Shown here: one piece after another, positions 35,997 to 46,091 of the stretch
Numbering within the stretch: position 1 is the first letter of the stretch
Layout of the letters: each line of letters opens with the position of its first letter
Program-made: the position numbers and the translations under genes
The notes under the pieces: model-generated
Databases searched by the model: none
Seen by the model: only the letters and a program-made list of their open reading frames with translations
What the model was told of the DNA's origin: nothing
DNA from: Candidatus Undinarchaeota archaeon
GTDB lineage: Archaea; Undinarchaeota; Undinarchaeia; Undinarchaeales; JALTGF01
Assembly (NCBI GenBank): GCA_964574035.1
Contig: CAZNLD010000004.1
Location: 547 to 64,546, forward strand
Direction: 5' to 3'
DNA: 64,000 nucleotides

Positions 35997-37724
35997 ATGG
36001 CTATTAACAGAGAACTCGCCGGAATTTTTAGAGAAATTGCAGACATTCTTGAGCTTAAAGAAACGCAGTGGGAGCCCAGAGCGTATAGAAAAGCAGCATA
36101 CAATGTTGAAAATTTAAAAAACAGCGTCAGAGATATTTACAAAGAAGAAGGCAAAAAAGGATTGAAGGAAATTCCAGGAGTAGGCGAGAGCATTGCGTCG
36201 CATATAGAAGAATACATTAAAACAGGAAAAATCAAAAAACTAGATGAACTCAGAAAAGACTACTCAAAGGGAGTTACTGAATTAATTAATATTGAAGGGC
36301 TGGGCCCGAAAAAAGTCAAAAAACTAAAGGAAAAATTAGATATTTCATCTACTGGAGAATTAAAAAAAGCTGCTGAAAAACATAAAATCAGAGAACTGGA
36401 AGGCTTTGGAGAAAAGACTGAAAAAAATATTCTTGAATCGCTTGAATTCTACAAAAAAAGGAAGGGCAGGATGCTTCTTGATCAGGCAATGCCCCTTGCA
36501 GAAGAAGTTATTTCATATCTGAAAGCAAATTCCCCGGTTCAGGAAATCGATTATGTCGGCTCTTTGAGGAGAATGAAGGAAACCATAGGCGATATTGATA
36601 TTTTAGTCATTTCAAATAAAGCAGAAAAAGTAATGGATGCATTTACAAAAATGGAGTCTATTAGAAAAGTAATTTCTCAGGGCTCCACAAGAAGTTCAAT
36701 TGCATTAAAGGAAGACGACATACATGTTGACTTAAGAGTAATTGAAAAATCAAGCTACGGAGCAGCACTCATATATTTTACAGGAAGCAAAGAGCACAAT
36801 ATTGAATTAAGAAAACTTGCTCAGAAGAAAGGCTATAAGCTCTCTGAATACGGGATTTTTAAGAGGAAAAGCAACAAAAAGCTGAAATCTGAAACAGAGA
36901 AAGTAATTTACAAAAAACTAGGGCTTCCATACATCCCTCCTGAAATAAGAGAAAACAGAGGAGAAATTGAGGCGGCAAAAAAAGATAAAATTCCAACACT
37001 TGTTGAACTGAAGGATATCAAAGGAGACTTACAGATGCATTCAACATATTCAGACGGTTCTGAAACAGTTGAAGACATGATTAAAGGATGCCAGAAAAAA
37101 GGATATGAATACATGGCAATTACCGACCATTCAAAATCCGAAAGAGTTGCATCCGGCTTATCAAAAGAAGACTTTGAAAAACAGTTCAAAGAAATTGAAA
37201 AAGTTTCAAAAAAATATGATATAAAAATTTTCAAAGGAGGAGAAATTGACATTCTGAAAGACGGCTCCCTTGACTTTGAAGATGAATTTCTAAAAAGATT
37301 TGACATAATCGTAGGGGCGGTCCATTCAAATTTTAAAATGTCTCAAAAGGAAATGACTGACAGAATTCTGAAAGCCCTTGATAATGAATACCTTGATATT
37401 TTAGCTCATCCAACCGGAAGAAGAATGAGAAAAAGAAAGGGCTATCGGGCGGACTTCGACAAAATATTTGAAAAAGCTGCTGAAAACGAGGTAGTTCTTG
37501 AAATAAATTCCCAGCCCCAGAGACTTGACATAAACGACTCAATGATATTATCTGCAAAAGAATATGATGTTAAATTTATTGTAAATACAGACGCACATCA
37601 TGTTTCAAGCCTTGATTTCATGAAATACGGTGTCGGGCAGGCTAGAAAGGGCTGGCTTGAAAAGAAAGATGTTGTTAATACCTATTCTTTTAAGAAATTG
37701 AAAAAAATTTTCAAAAAGATATAA
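35997..37724 (+). CDS. polX: Family X DNA polymerase with C-terminal PHP domain (PolX)
   Basis: HhH motifs (IPGVGESIA, IEGLGPKKV), GSLRRMKETIGDIDILV, PHP start DLQMHSTYSDG … ITDHS … NTDAH. Confidence 0.9.
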   Translation: MAINRELAGIFREIADILELKETQWEPRAYRKAAYNVENLKNSVRDIYKEEGKKGLKEIPGVGESIASHIEEYIKTGKIKKLDELRKDYSKGVTELINIEGLGPKKVKKLKEKLDISSTGELKKAAEKHKIRELEGFGEKTEKNILESLEFYKKRKGRMLLDQAMPLAEEVISYLKANSPVQEIDYVGSLRRMKETIGDIDILVISNKAEKVMDAFTKMESIRKVISQGSTRSSIALKEDDIHVDLRVIEKSSYGAALIYFTGSKEHNIELRKLAQKKGYKLSEYGIFKRKSNKKLKSETEKVIYKKLGLPYIPPEIRENRGEIEAAKKDKIPTLVELKDIKGDLQMHSTYSDGSETVEDMIKGCQKKGYEYMAITDHSKSERVASGLSKEDFEKQFKEIEKVSKKYDIKIFKGGEIDILKDGSLDFEDEFLKRFDIIVGAVHSNFKMSQKEMTDRILKALDNEYLDILAHPTGRRMRKRKGYRADFDKIFEKAAENEVVLEINSQPQRLDINDSMILSAKEYDVKFIVNTDAHHVSSLDFMKYGVGQARKGWLEKKDVVNTYSFKKLKKIFKKI

Positions 37725-37748
37725 TTAGTTCTAAAATAAATATAGAAT

Positions 37749-39152
37749 ATGACAAAAGTAACTTTCTACGGCGGAGTAAAAGAAATCGGCGGAAATAAGA
37801 TATTAGTAGAGGACAGAGACACCAAAATTTTTCTTGACTTCGGAATGAGTTTCGGAGCATTGGGAGAATACTATGAAGAATTTCTTGCCCCGAGAACTGC
37901 CGGCGGAATGAAAGATTTTCTTGAAATGAGTCTCCTTCCTGATTTGAAAGGAGTTTACAGAAGCGACCATTTAAAACATATCGGAAGGGAGCCGGAAGAA
38001 TGTGAAATAGATGCCTGTTTTGTTACGCATGCGCACGCAGACCATGTAAATTATGTTAGCTTCCTGAATGAAGAAATTCCAATTTACTGCGGGGAAACCT
38101 GCTATGATATAATTGATGCAATCACTGAATCAGGAGGAAGAAGAATTGATTTTGAAGTCCTTAATTTTAAAGAGAGGCCGATCAAAAACTACAGAAAAGA
38201 GGCAATTAAAAGAGATTTCAACACTTTCAGGACAGGAGACAGAATAAAAGTCGGCTCAATTGAGGTTGAACCAATCCACGTGGACCATTCTGTTCCGGGA
38301 GCGTACGGGTACATCCTATATACCTCAGATGAAACAATTGCTTATACAGGCGATATACGGCTTCACGGAGCCCATTCAGAGATGACAAAGGACTTTATTG
38401 ACAAATGTTCTTCCGATAGTATAGACGCGCTGATTACAGAAGGAACAAGAATAAACGAAAAGAAAACAGGAAGTGAGGAAAGAGTTTACAAAAAGAGCGG
38501 AAAGGCCATCAAGGACACGGATAAACTGGTTATTTCAGATTTCAATTTCAAGGACGTGGACAGGGCCAGGACTTTCTACAAGCTGGCTAAAGAAAATGGC
38601 AGAAAGTTTGCAATCGGCTATAAAGAAGCCTGCCTTTTGAAAAGATATTCCAAAGACAAAAAATTAGAAATGCCATCTCTTGATGATGAAAACATAGTCA
38701 TTTTCAAAAAAAGAAAAAGAACCGGAACTTATGAAGACAGAGATTACAAAAAAGCTGAAAGATCTTACTATGAAGGCGATAATATAATGACTGCTGAAGA
38801 AATTAAAAAGAACCAGTCCGATTTAATTGTTTTCCTGAATTTCTGGAACTTTGGGCATATGATTGATATTCAACCGGAACCAGGAAGTGTATTTGTTCAC
38901 TCACTTTCAGAGCCGTTCAATGAAGAAATGGCTATCTCGCATGAAAGGGAAGAGAAATGGATTGAACATTTTAAACTTGAAGCCCTGCATGCCCACTGCT
39001 CAGGACACGCATCCGGACCTGAATTAAAAGAAGAAATTGAAAAAATAAACGCCAAAAAAATATTCCCTATTCATACCGAGCATCCAGGAATGTTCAGAGC
39101 TTTAAGTTCCAAGACAAAGATGGTTAAATATGCAAAGGAGTATGAAATATGA
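37749..39152 (+). CDS. Beta-CASP / MBL-fold ribonuclease (archaeal RNase J-like)
   Basis: KVTFYGGVKEIGGNKILVE…FLDFGMSF, VTHAHADHVNY (HxHxDH), TGDIRLHG, …HCSGHAS. The 467-aa size fits aRNase J rather than aCPSF1, since there are no KH domains. Confidence 0.7.
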   Translation: MTKVTFYGGVKEIGGNKILVEDRDTKIFLDFGMSFGALGEYYEEFLAPRTAGGMKDFLEMSLLPDLKGVYRSDHLKHIGREPEECEIDACFVTHAHADHVNYVSFLNEEIPIYCGETCYDIIDAITESGGRRIDFEVLNFKERPIKNYRKEAIKRDFNTFRTGDRIKVGSIEVEPIHVDHSVPGAYGYILYTSDETIAYTGDIRLHGAHSEMTKDFIDKCSSDSIDALITEGTRINEKKTGSEERVYKKSGKAIKDTDKLVISDFNFKDVDRARTFYKLAKENGRKFAIGYKEACLLKRYSKDKKLEMPSLDDENIVIFKKRKRTGTYEDRDYKKAERSYYEGDNIMTAEEIKKNQSDLIVFLNFWNFGHMIDIQPEPGSVFVHSLSEPFNEEMAISHEREEKWIEHFKLEALHAHCSGHASGPELKEEIEKINAKKIFPIHTEHPGMFRALSSKTKMVKYAKEYEI

Positions 39153-39835
39153 TTAAAGCAATAGCATTTGATTTAGACGGAACCTTATTAGATTTTCTGC
39201 ATTTTAAGAAAGAAACTGCAAGGGCTGCCGCCCACGAAATGGTTAAACTTGGCCTGGACGCTTCCGAATCTGAAGTTTATGAAAAGATTTTTGAAATTTA
39301 TGACAAAAAAGGGATGGAATATCAGAAGACTTTTGCAGATGTTTTATCTGATTACGATTTAAGTTTGAATGAATTTGAAAAAATACAGCAGGCGGGGATT
39401 GTTGCTTATCTGAGAACTAAATTCGGCACTTTAAGACCATATCCGGATGTTCTGCCTACCTTAAGAGAACTTAGAAACAATTACAAACTTGCAGTAGTTA
39501 CTGACGCTCCAAGAAATAAGGCATGGCAGAGATTAGTCATGACAGATTTGCAGGATTCTTTTGATTTAGTAATTACTGTTGATGATACAGGGAAAGAAAA
39601 ACCAAATAAAATGCCTTTTGAAAAATTGATTAATGAACTTAATTTAAAACCGGAAGAAATTTTATTTGTAGGAGACCATCCAAAAAAAGACATCAAAGGA
39701 GCAAAAAGTATGGGCATGAAAACCGCCTTTGTCAAATACAGCGACTTTGAAAGCAATTCTAAACAGGATTTTAGGATTGGAAGTATTAGAGAAATAAAAA
39801 AGAAAATTAAGAATTTTTGTGAAATGAATTCTTAA
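39149..39835 (+). CDS. HAD-superfamily phosphatase (subfamily IA)
   Basis: AIAFDLDGTLLD (motif I), VVTDAPR (motif II), GKEKP…FVGDHPKKDI (motifs III/IV). Confidence 0.8.
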   Translation: MIKAIAFDLDGTLLDFLHFKKETARAAAHEMVKLGLDASESEVYEKIFEIYDKKGMEYQKTFADVLSDYDLSLNEFEKIQQAGIVAYLRTKFGTLRPYPDVLPTLRELRNNYKLAVVTDAPRNKAWQRLVMTDLQDSFDLVITVDDTGKEKPNKMPFEKLINELNLKPEEILFVGDHPKKDIKGAKSMGMKTAFVKYSDFESNSKQDFRIGSIREIKKKIKNFCEMNS

Positions 39836-39924
39836 AATATGATCATATTGAAGAAGAAATTGAGAAAAATGGCTGAGATAATAAATAAAGGAAAAACTCT
39901 AAAATAAAATCTCTATTCACTTTT

Positions 39925-40215
39925 TCATGCATACATTCCAAAAAAGAAAAATAAAATTGAAAGTATAAGAATTGGCGCGGAAATCCAGCCGAGCCAATAA
40001 GGTAGTTTTTGATACTTTAGTGTTATTTTGCCGTCAACTTTTTTGGATTTGTCACTGACAATATATAAAATAATTTCAATTGCAAATAAAGGAAGCGACA
40101 TTATACAAACCAGCCATCCGTATCCGTAAATAAACAACTTATAAGCTGGTTTAAGCGAGTAGAAATCATCCATGTTTGAAAGGCCTAATTTATTTGTTAT
40201 GCTCATAGTTTCCAA
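39925..40215 (-). CDS. Hypothetical 2-3 TM membrane protein
   Basis: ORF with hydrophobic helices only. Confidence 0.4.
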   Translation of the reverse strand: METMSITNKLGLSNMDDFYSLKPAYKLFIYGYGWLVCIMSLPLFAIEIILYIVSDKSKKVDGKITLKYQKLPYWLGWISAPILILSILFFFFGMYA

Positions 40216-40319
40216 TAATTCTTTATACTATTTAACTTTTTATTTTGTTTTATTTCAAAATCTATTTTTTCCCTAATATTTCAGCAACACTTATTAAGAA
40301 GAAATTCTAAAATTGAAAT

Positions 40320-40457
40320 ATGCCTGAAGAGAAAAAGAAAGAAAAAAAGGAAGACAAAGTAAAATTAACTGTTTTTAGAGAACCATCAAATGAAAAAAAT
40401 ACGGACCCTTGGCTTGAAATTGCTGAAGCAGACAAAGATGAGGAAGACGAAGAATGA
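40320..40457 (+). CDS. Possible 45-aa charged micro-protein, start/stop-coupled (ATGA) to tspO
   Basis: MPEEKKKEKKEDKVKLTVFREPSNEKNTDPWLEIAEADKDEEDEE. Its TGA at 40455-40457 overlaps the tspO ATG at 40454-40456. Confidence 0.25.
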   Translation: MPEEKKKEKKEDKVKLTVFREPSNEKNTDPWLEIAEADKDEEDEE

Positions 40458-40927
40458 AAATAAATGAACTATTAAAAATTATCTTTTCAATTTTTATCTG
40501 CCATTCGGCAGGAATTGTTGGCTCATTTTTTACAATTTCATCAGTAAATACCTGGTATACAACTATTCAAAAACCTTTCTTCACACCTCCAGGATGGGTT
40601 TTCGGCCCGGTCTGGCTGACCCTCTATACTTTAATGGGGATTTCTCTTTATTTAGTCTGGAAAAACGGAATAACTGAAAAGAATAAAAAAGGACTAATAC
40701 TTTTCTTCATACAACTGGCTTTAAACGGTTTCTGGTCAATCGCCTTCTTTGGTTTCCAGTCCCCCTTATTTGGATTAATTGTAATAATTCCTCTGCTTGC
40801 ATTTATTCTCACGGCAACATTTGAATTCTACAACCTAAATAAAAATGCAGCATATCTGCTTATCCCATATATTGTCTGGGTTGCAGTAGCAACTGCATTA
40901 AATACAGGCATCTGGATTTTAAACTGA
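40454..40927 (+). CDS. tspO: TspO/MBR family tryptophan-rich sensory protein
   Basis: WYTTIQKPFFTPPGWVFGPVWLTLYTLMGISLYLVW … NGFWSIAFFG … LLIPYIVWVAVATALN. Confidence 0.85.
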   Translation: MKINELLKIIFSIFICHSAGIVGSFFTISSVNTWYTTIQKPFFTPPGWVFGPVWLTLYTLMGISLYLVWKNGITEKNKKGLILFFIQLALNGFWSIAFFGFQSPLFGLIVIIPLLAFILTATFEFYNLNKNAAYLLIPYIVWVAVATALNTGIWILN

Positions 40928-41106
40928 TGAAAGCCAAAAATATTGTCAAGGTGTTGATTTCAATTATAACTGCATTCAGCATAGGCATATTAATAACAGA
41001 AGTTCTTGCAGAAAGAATTTACTTTTCTTTATTTATTGGATTTCCAGCAGGTTTAATAGCAGGATTTGTTGTCTGGATAATTTTAAACTATAGATTCAAA
41101 GGTTAG
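40927..41106 (+). CDS. Possible 59-aa two-TM micro-protein
   Basis: ATG at 40927 overlaps the tspO stop. MKAKNIVKVLISIITAFSIGILITEVLAERIYFSLFIGFPAGLIAGFVVWIILNYRFKG. Confidence 0.3.
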   Translation: MKAKNIVKVLISIITAFSIGILITEVLAERIYFSLFIGFPAGLIAGFVVWIILNYRFKG

Positions 41107-41386
41107 AGTCGGCCCATTTATCAACTTTTTCTAGAGTATTATGCTCGCTCATCCAATTTTCTGCAAAATCATTTGCATTTTCAAACTTTTTTGCTGAACC
41201 GATAACGTTTCCTTTGAACATATGTCCTTTATAATGAGCAAAATTTATTGAATACCTTTTAGGATTTTCTACTGAAGGAGAAATGATTATTTCATAAGAA
41301 CCTTCAGTTGTCTGCCAGAAAACAGCGCCGGATTTTTCCTTCATTCTTTTCCAGCATCCTATTTTTTCTTTTACGAGTTTTCCCAT
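41096..41386 (-). CDS. Hypothetical 96-aa protein
   Basis: ORF only. Last gene of the glyA / flavodoxin-like run. Confidence 0.4.
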   Translation of the reverse strand: MGKLVKEKIGCWKRMKEKSGAVFWQTTEGSYEIIISPSVENPKRYSINFAHYKGHMFKGNVIGSAKKFENANDFAENWMSEHNTLEKVDKWADSNL

Positions 41387-41418
41387 TTTAACTTCCTTAA
41401 GAATATGAATTTATTAAA

Positions 41419-41859
41419 TTAAATAAGTTTCTTAACGAGGTTTTCAGCTTTTTTCAGGTCCTCCTTGTTTGGTCTGCCGGAATGAGCTCCACCGATTACA
41501 GTAAAAGGTCCGTGTTTAGTTTCTCCGGGAAATATAAAATCGCCCACTATCTTGGTATTTTTCTTTTTCAAATGTTTTTTTATAGTATAGTGCCACAAAC
41601 CTTTAAGAAAAGCCATGCCGGCCGTTGAAAAAATAAATGTTTTTTCCGGAAGCTCCGCAATATCAATTAAATTCAAAATTTTGCTGTCGTGCCTCCCGTT
41701 ATAAATTCCGGAGCCGAAACCAACTAAATCATATTTAGAAATACTTGACTTCTTTACTTCGGAGGGTTTTTTCAGGTCGGCATTTAAAATAGAAGCCAGC
41801 TTTTCAGCTAACTTTTCTGTATTGCCGGACCTTGATTTATAAACAACTAATGTTTTCAT
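41419..41859 (-). CDS. Flavodoxin-fold protein
   Basis: [22 protein letters not shown] (flavodoxin FMN-phosphate loop S/T-x-x-G-N-T). Its start overlaps the glyA stop by 1 nt. Confidence 0.7.
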   Translation of the reverse strand: MKTLVVYKSRSGNTEKLAEKLASILNADLKKPSEVKKSSISKYDLVGFGSGIYNGRHDSKILNLIDIAELPEKTFIFSTAGMAFLKGLWHYTIKKHLKKKNTKIVGDFIFPGETKHGPFTVIGGAHSGRPNKEDLKKAENLVKKLI

Positions 41860-43157
41860 TAAACTTTATACAAATCATACAGAGGATATTTTTCAACTAG
41901 TTCCTTAACATCTTTCCTGACCTTTTTTAAAACAGATTCATCTTTTCTGTTTTCAACAACCTTATTAATAAATTCAGCAATTTTTTCCATATCAGATTCA
42001 ACCATTCCTCTGGTTGTAATTGCAGGAGTTCCAAGCCTTATACCTGAAGGATCAAACGGCTTTCTTTTATCAAACGGAACTGTATTTTTATTTAAAGTAA
42101 TTCCTGCTTTATCCAAAGCAGTTTCCGCCTGCTGTCCAGTAACTCCCTTATTAGTTAAATCAACAAGCATCAAATGATTGTCAGTTCCTCCTGAAACAAG
42201 TTCAAAGCCATAGTCCATTAAAGAACCAGCCAGAACCTTTGCATTTTTAACCACCTGTTTTGCATATTTTTTGAAAGCCGGCTGTAAATCTTCTTTGAAA
42301 GCAACCGCCTTGCCTGCAATCATATTCATATGCGGGCCGCCCTGCAGACCGGGAAAAACTGTCTTGTCAATTCTCTGGGCCAGATTATTTTTAGAATCAG
42401 AATGATATTTTTCTTTTAACCTGTCTTTTTCTTTACACATAATCATGCCACCTCTTGGACCCCTCAGAGTTTTATGTGTTGTAGTAGTTACAATATCAGT
42501 AAAAGGAAAAGGACTCTGGTGCTCTCCGGCTGCAATTAACCCCGCTATATGGGCAATGTCTGCCATTGAATAAGCTCCTACGTCCTTTGCAATTTCGGCA
42601 AATTCTTTGAAATCAACTTCCCTTGGATAAGCAGAATATCCTGAAACAATTACCTGAGGTTTCTCCTTTTCAGCAGTTTTTCTGATTTTATCATAATCCA
42701 ATATCCCTGTTTCTTCGTCTAATTCATACTGGACAGAATTGAACAGTTTGCCTGTCTGGCTTACCTTATAGCCGTGGGTTAAATGGCCACCCTGTGAAAG
42801 AGCCAAACCCATTAATTTATCGCCCGGCTCCATTACTGCAAGGTAGACTGCCAGATTTGCAGGGCTTCCGGAGTAGGACTGGACATTTACGTGCTCCGCC
42901 TTGAACAAATCTTTTGCTCTTTCAATTGCCAAAGTTTCAACCTTATCTGTAAATTCCTGCCCGCCGTAGTATCTTTTTCCAGGGTAACCTTCAGAATATT
43001 TGTTGTTAAAAACGGAACCCATAGCAGTCATGACTGCTTTTGAAACATAGTTTTCAGAAGGAATTAATTCAAGACCTGAATTTTCTCTTTTAATTTCTCC
43101 ATTGAGAGCTTTTAGAACTTCAGGATCTGTTTCGGGTAAATTTTTCCAAGTTGCCAT
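41859..43157 (-). CDS. glyA: Serine hydroxymethyltransferase
   Basis: [37 protein letters not shown] (PLP-lysine motif). ATG at 43157; the track adds 21 spurious residues. Confidence 0.95.
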   Translation of the reverse strand: MATWKNLPETDPEVLKALNGEIKRENSGLELIPSENYVSKAVMTAMGSVFNNKYSEGYPGKRYYGGQEFTDKVETLAIERAKDLFKAEHVNVQSYSGSPANLAVYLAVMEPGDKLMGLALSQGGHLTHGYKVSQTGKLFNSVQYELDEETGILDYDKIRKTAEKEKPQVIVSGYSAYPREVDFKEFAEIAKDVGAYSMADIAHIAGLIAAGEHQSPFPFTDIVTTTTHKTLRGPRGGMIMCKEKDRLKEKYHSDSKNNLAQRIDKTVFPGLQGGPHMNMIAGKAVAFKEDLQPAFKKYAKQVVKNAKVLAGSLMDYGFELVSGGTDNHLMLVDLTNKGVTGQQAETALDKAGITLNKNTVPFDKRKPFDPSGIRLGTPAITTRGMVESDMEKIAEFINKVVENRKDESVLKKVRKDVKELVEKYPLYDLYKV

Positions 43158-43234
43158 TCTTCTAGTCTGAGATAGGAAAAGTTCGTTTAAATAAATTGTG
43201 AAAATATAAATAAAATACAAGACATAGATTTAAT

Positions 43235-44878
43235 ATGGGTATTGAAATCATAATCCTCCATGAAGGAAAATTTCCGAGAGGTATGATAGCAGGAGGATGT
43301 ACAACCGTTTTTGTAAAGACGGAAGATAAGAAATTTTTAATTGACTTTGGAGACAACCATCAAATTGATTACATTCTTGAAGCTTTGAAAGTGGCAGGAA
43401 CAAAAACAAAAGAACTGGATTTTGTATCGTACACGCACAGACATTCAGACCACATGGGAGCAGAGAAAATATTTTACAGGGAGCCGGCAAAAATAGTAGA
43501 CCCTTTTCAGGAAAATGCAAAAATGTTTTTCTCGCCTTTAAAAATTATTGACACTTCCGGGCATAGTGAAGAACACGCCTCATTTTTTATCAAAGAGGCA
43601 TTAGTAAAAGAGCTTGAAAACGGTAAAGTAAAAACAATAGGAAAAAAGAAAAATATAATCATAGCAGGAGATGCAGTTATAAACGAGAAGTATTTCAAAG
43701 AAAAAAAAGTCCTGTGGATGAAGGGCTCAAGATGGGAAGCAAAAACAAGCCTAAAAAAGATCAAGGCAAACGCCGACTACATAATCCCAGGCCATGGAGC
43801 TCCTTTTAATGTAGAAATTCACAACTTAACTTCAGAAGAATTTGAAGAAAACATCAAAGAACTTACCCCTGAAAAATCAATGGTCATGCCTAGAGCCAGA
43901 AGGCTGGACGAATATCTGAAAAGGATAGAAGACCAAGGCTTTCCAAAGCCCGAACTTGAACCAGGAGACAGAGTCCTAGACCTTGGATGCGGATACTGCA
44001 GGGCAACCTACGATATGATTAAGAAAGTTGCAGGAGGATGGTGCAGCAATCCAAAATGCTACAGAAGTTACGAGGAGCCATATTATGCAGATACAATACC
44101 CGAACTGGTAGATTTTAAATGCAAAAATTGCGGGAGTATAGTAGATACTGGAAGAGTAGTTGGAGTAGATATAAGTGAAGAAGCCCTAAAAAAAGGAGAA
44201 ACTTATCTTAGGAATAAATTAAATCCGGACAAATATCTGGTTATAAGAGCTACTGAAAGCGAACTGAAAGGAACAAGAATCTTAAAAAAATATGGAGTTA
44301 GCTCTGACTTAAGAAGGAGAAGGTTAAGGGAGCTGGATAAAAAGTTCCACAATAGAAAAGTAATTCCCCTTTACCAGACCTCAATAGTTGAAGATCTCGC
44401 ACTTCCAATAAATTATTTTGACAAAGTACTTGCAATTTATGTACTTTTATATGTTGAAGACATAGCAGAAGCGCTTCTGGACATCCTGCAGATATTGAAA
44501 CCAGGAGGCAAAGCTTACGTAGTAGCTGCAAGACCTCTCTACATTCTTAAAAAAGAAATAACCCCTGAAATCTGGAAGGAGTTTCTTGGCAAAACATTAA
44601 AAGTTAAAAACAGAAATCCTCCGAAAACAATTAAAGAAATGGATTTGGCGGAAGAACTAACTCCGGCTGAGTTCTACAAAAAATTCTTTGGTGATGCAGT
44701 AAAGGTTGAAGAGGGAAAGAAAATAAAGAGCTTCATGCTGGAAAAAGTAAAAGATGTAAATGTGAAGAAAGTGAAAAAGAGAATTGAAATGCCGAAAGAG
44801 CCCTGGCCGGAAGACAGAAACGAAAAATTAGCCCTCAGGCTTGGATATACTGTTTACTCATTTTACAAGATAAAATAG
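43235..44878 (+). CDS. Fusion protein: N-terminal MBL-fold hydrolase plus C-terminal class I SAM methyltransferase with an inserted Cys4 Zn ribbon
   Basis: MBL motifs: SYTHRHSDHMG, DTSGHSEEH, IIAGDAV, IPGHGAP. MTase motifs: RVLDLGCGYCR (motif I) … VVGVDISEEAL (motif II) … LKPGGKAYVV. Between motifs I and II lies CSNPKCYRSY…FKCKNCGS. Confidence 0.7.
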   Translation: MGIEIIILHEGKFPRGMIAGGCTTVFVKTEDKKFLIDFGDNHQIDYILEALKVAGTKTKELDFVSYTHRHSDHMGAEKIFYREPAKIVDPFQENAKMFFSPLKIIDTSGHSEEHASFFIKEALVKELENGKVKTIGKKKNIIIAGDAVINEKYFKEKKVLWMKGSRWEAKTSLKKIKANADYIIPGHGAPFNVEIHNLTSEEFEENIKELTPEKSMVMPRARRLDEYLKRIEDQGFPKPELEPGDRVLDLGCGYCRATYDMIKKVAGGWCSNPKCYRSYEEPYYADTIPELVDFKCKNCGSIVDTGRVVGVDISEEALKKGETYLRNKLNPDKYLVIRATESELKGTRILKKYGVSSDLRRRRLRELDKKFHNRKVIPLYQTSIVEDLALPINYFDKVLAIYVLLYVEDIAEALLDILQILKPGGKAYVVAARPLYILKKEITPEIWKEFLGKTLKVKNRNPPKTIKEMDLAEELTPAEFYKKFFGDAVKVEEGKKIKSFMLEKVKDVNVKKVKKRIEMPKEPWPEDRNEKLALRLGYTVYSFYKIK

Positions 44879-44979
44879 GAAAAATTTAAGCAGAGAGTAG
44901 TGATAAACTGGAGATGCACCGGACTTAAAACCTAAAATCAATAATCTTTATAAATTCAGTTTCCCTTCTTTAACTTGAA

Positions 44980-45663
44980 ATGAAAAAAGAATTCAAATTA
45001 AACATACTTCTTGGACTTTTCGTAGCTTCACTGATAGCTGCAAACTTACTTGGGAATAAGATAACAACTTTCTTTTCAATTACAGTAGCAGTAGGTATCT
45101 TTTCATATCCACTTACATTTTTAATTACAAATATAGTTCTTGAAACAAAAGGAGAAGAAACTGTTAAAAATTTCATTCTGACTGGCTTCATTTCATTAAT
45201 TGCAGTTCTTATTTTCACAGTAATTTCCCTTAAAGTGCCTCCTGCTTCCAGATTTGCATTCAGCCCCGAATACCAGACGGTTTTCAACTTCAGTTTAAGG
45301 ATAATAATAGCAAGTCTAGCTGCGTTTTTGGCTGCGCAGGGTTTGAATATGTTATTTTTCAAAAAAATGACCTCCTATTTTAAGAAAAAAATGGGGTGGC
45401 TCAGATATAATACAGCCGTAATTGCAAGTTTATTTTTTGACACTTTAATTTTCTACTTCATTGCATTCTATCATATGACGCCGAAATTTACGGCGATGTT
45501 TATATTACAATTGATAATCCCCTATTGGTTAATGAAAGTCCTCTTTTCTTTAATCAGCACTCCTTTCTGGTATGCCGGAACTAGATGGATTAAGGTTGAT
45601 AAAAAACCGGAAGAACCGCCAATGAAAATAGCAGTTCCAGTAAGCCAGCCTCAGACAAATTAA
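44980..45663 (+). CDS. YhhQ/VUT-family queuosine-precursor (preQ0/preQ1) transporter
   Basis: GIFSYPLTFLITNI, RIIIASLAAFLAAQGLNMLFF, ASLFFDTLIFYFIAF and YWLMKVLFSLISTP align with blocks I recall from E. coli YhhQ. Confidence 0.8.
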   Translation: MKKEFKLNILLGLFVASLIAANLLGNKITTFFSITVAVGIFSYPLTFLITNIVLETKGEETVKNFILTGFISLIAVLIFTVISLKVPPASRFAFSPEYQTVFNFSLRIIIASLAAFLAAQGLNMLFFKKMTSYFKKKMGWLRYNTAVIASLFFDTLIFYFIAFYHMTPKFTAMFILQLIIPYWLMKVLFSLISTPFWYAGTRWIKVDKKPEEPPMKIAVPVSQPQTN

Positions 45664-46091
45664 TGAAAAAGAAAGAAATCATCAAAGCAGTTAAAAAAAC
45701 AGCAAAGAGTTTTAAGAGCATGATTCCTGTTTTAGTTCCAATACTGTTTTTAATTGCACTAATAAATGTAGCAGTTCCAATCTCATTTTATGAAAAAATA
45801 TTTACAGGACAGTTTATACTTGACCCGGTAATTGGAGCCGCCTTTGGAAGCATAGCAGCAGGAAACCCTGTAGAAAGTTATATTCTGGGAGGAGAGCTAT
45901 TAAAAAATGGAATTAGCCTTACAGCAATTACTGCATTTATTGTCTGCTGGGTAACTGTCGGCATGGTTTCTCTGCCTTTTGAAATTTCAACTCTTGGAAA
46001 GAAGTTTGCTGTAAGCAGAAACATTGTCAGTTTTCTCTCAGCTATAATAGTTGCAATTCTTACGGCTTTAACTTTGGGAGTGATTGCATGA
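45663..46091 (+). CDS. Membrane protein (4 TM), unknown; coupled to the yhhQ-like gene
   Basis: 142 aa. Start overlaps the previous stop by 1 nt. Confidence 0.5.
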   Translation: MKKKEIIKAVKKTAKSFKSMIPVLVPILFLIALINVAVPISFYEKIFTGQFILDPVIGAAFGSIAAGNPVESYILGGELLKNGISLTAITAFIVCWVTVGMVSLPFEISTLGKKFAVSRNIVSFLSAIIVAILTALTLGVIA

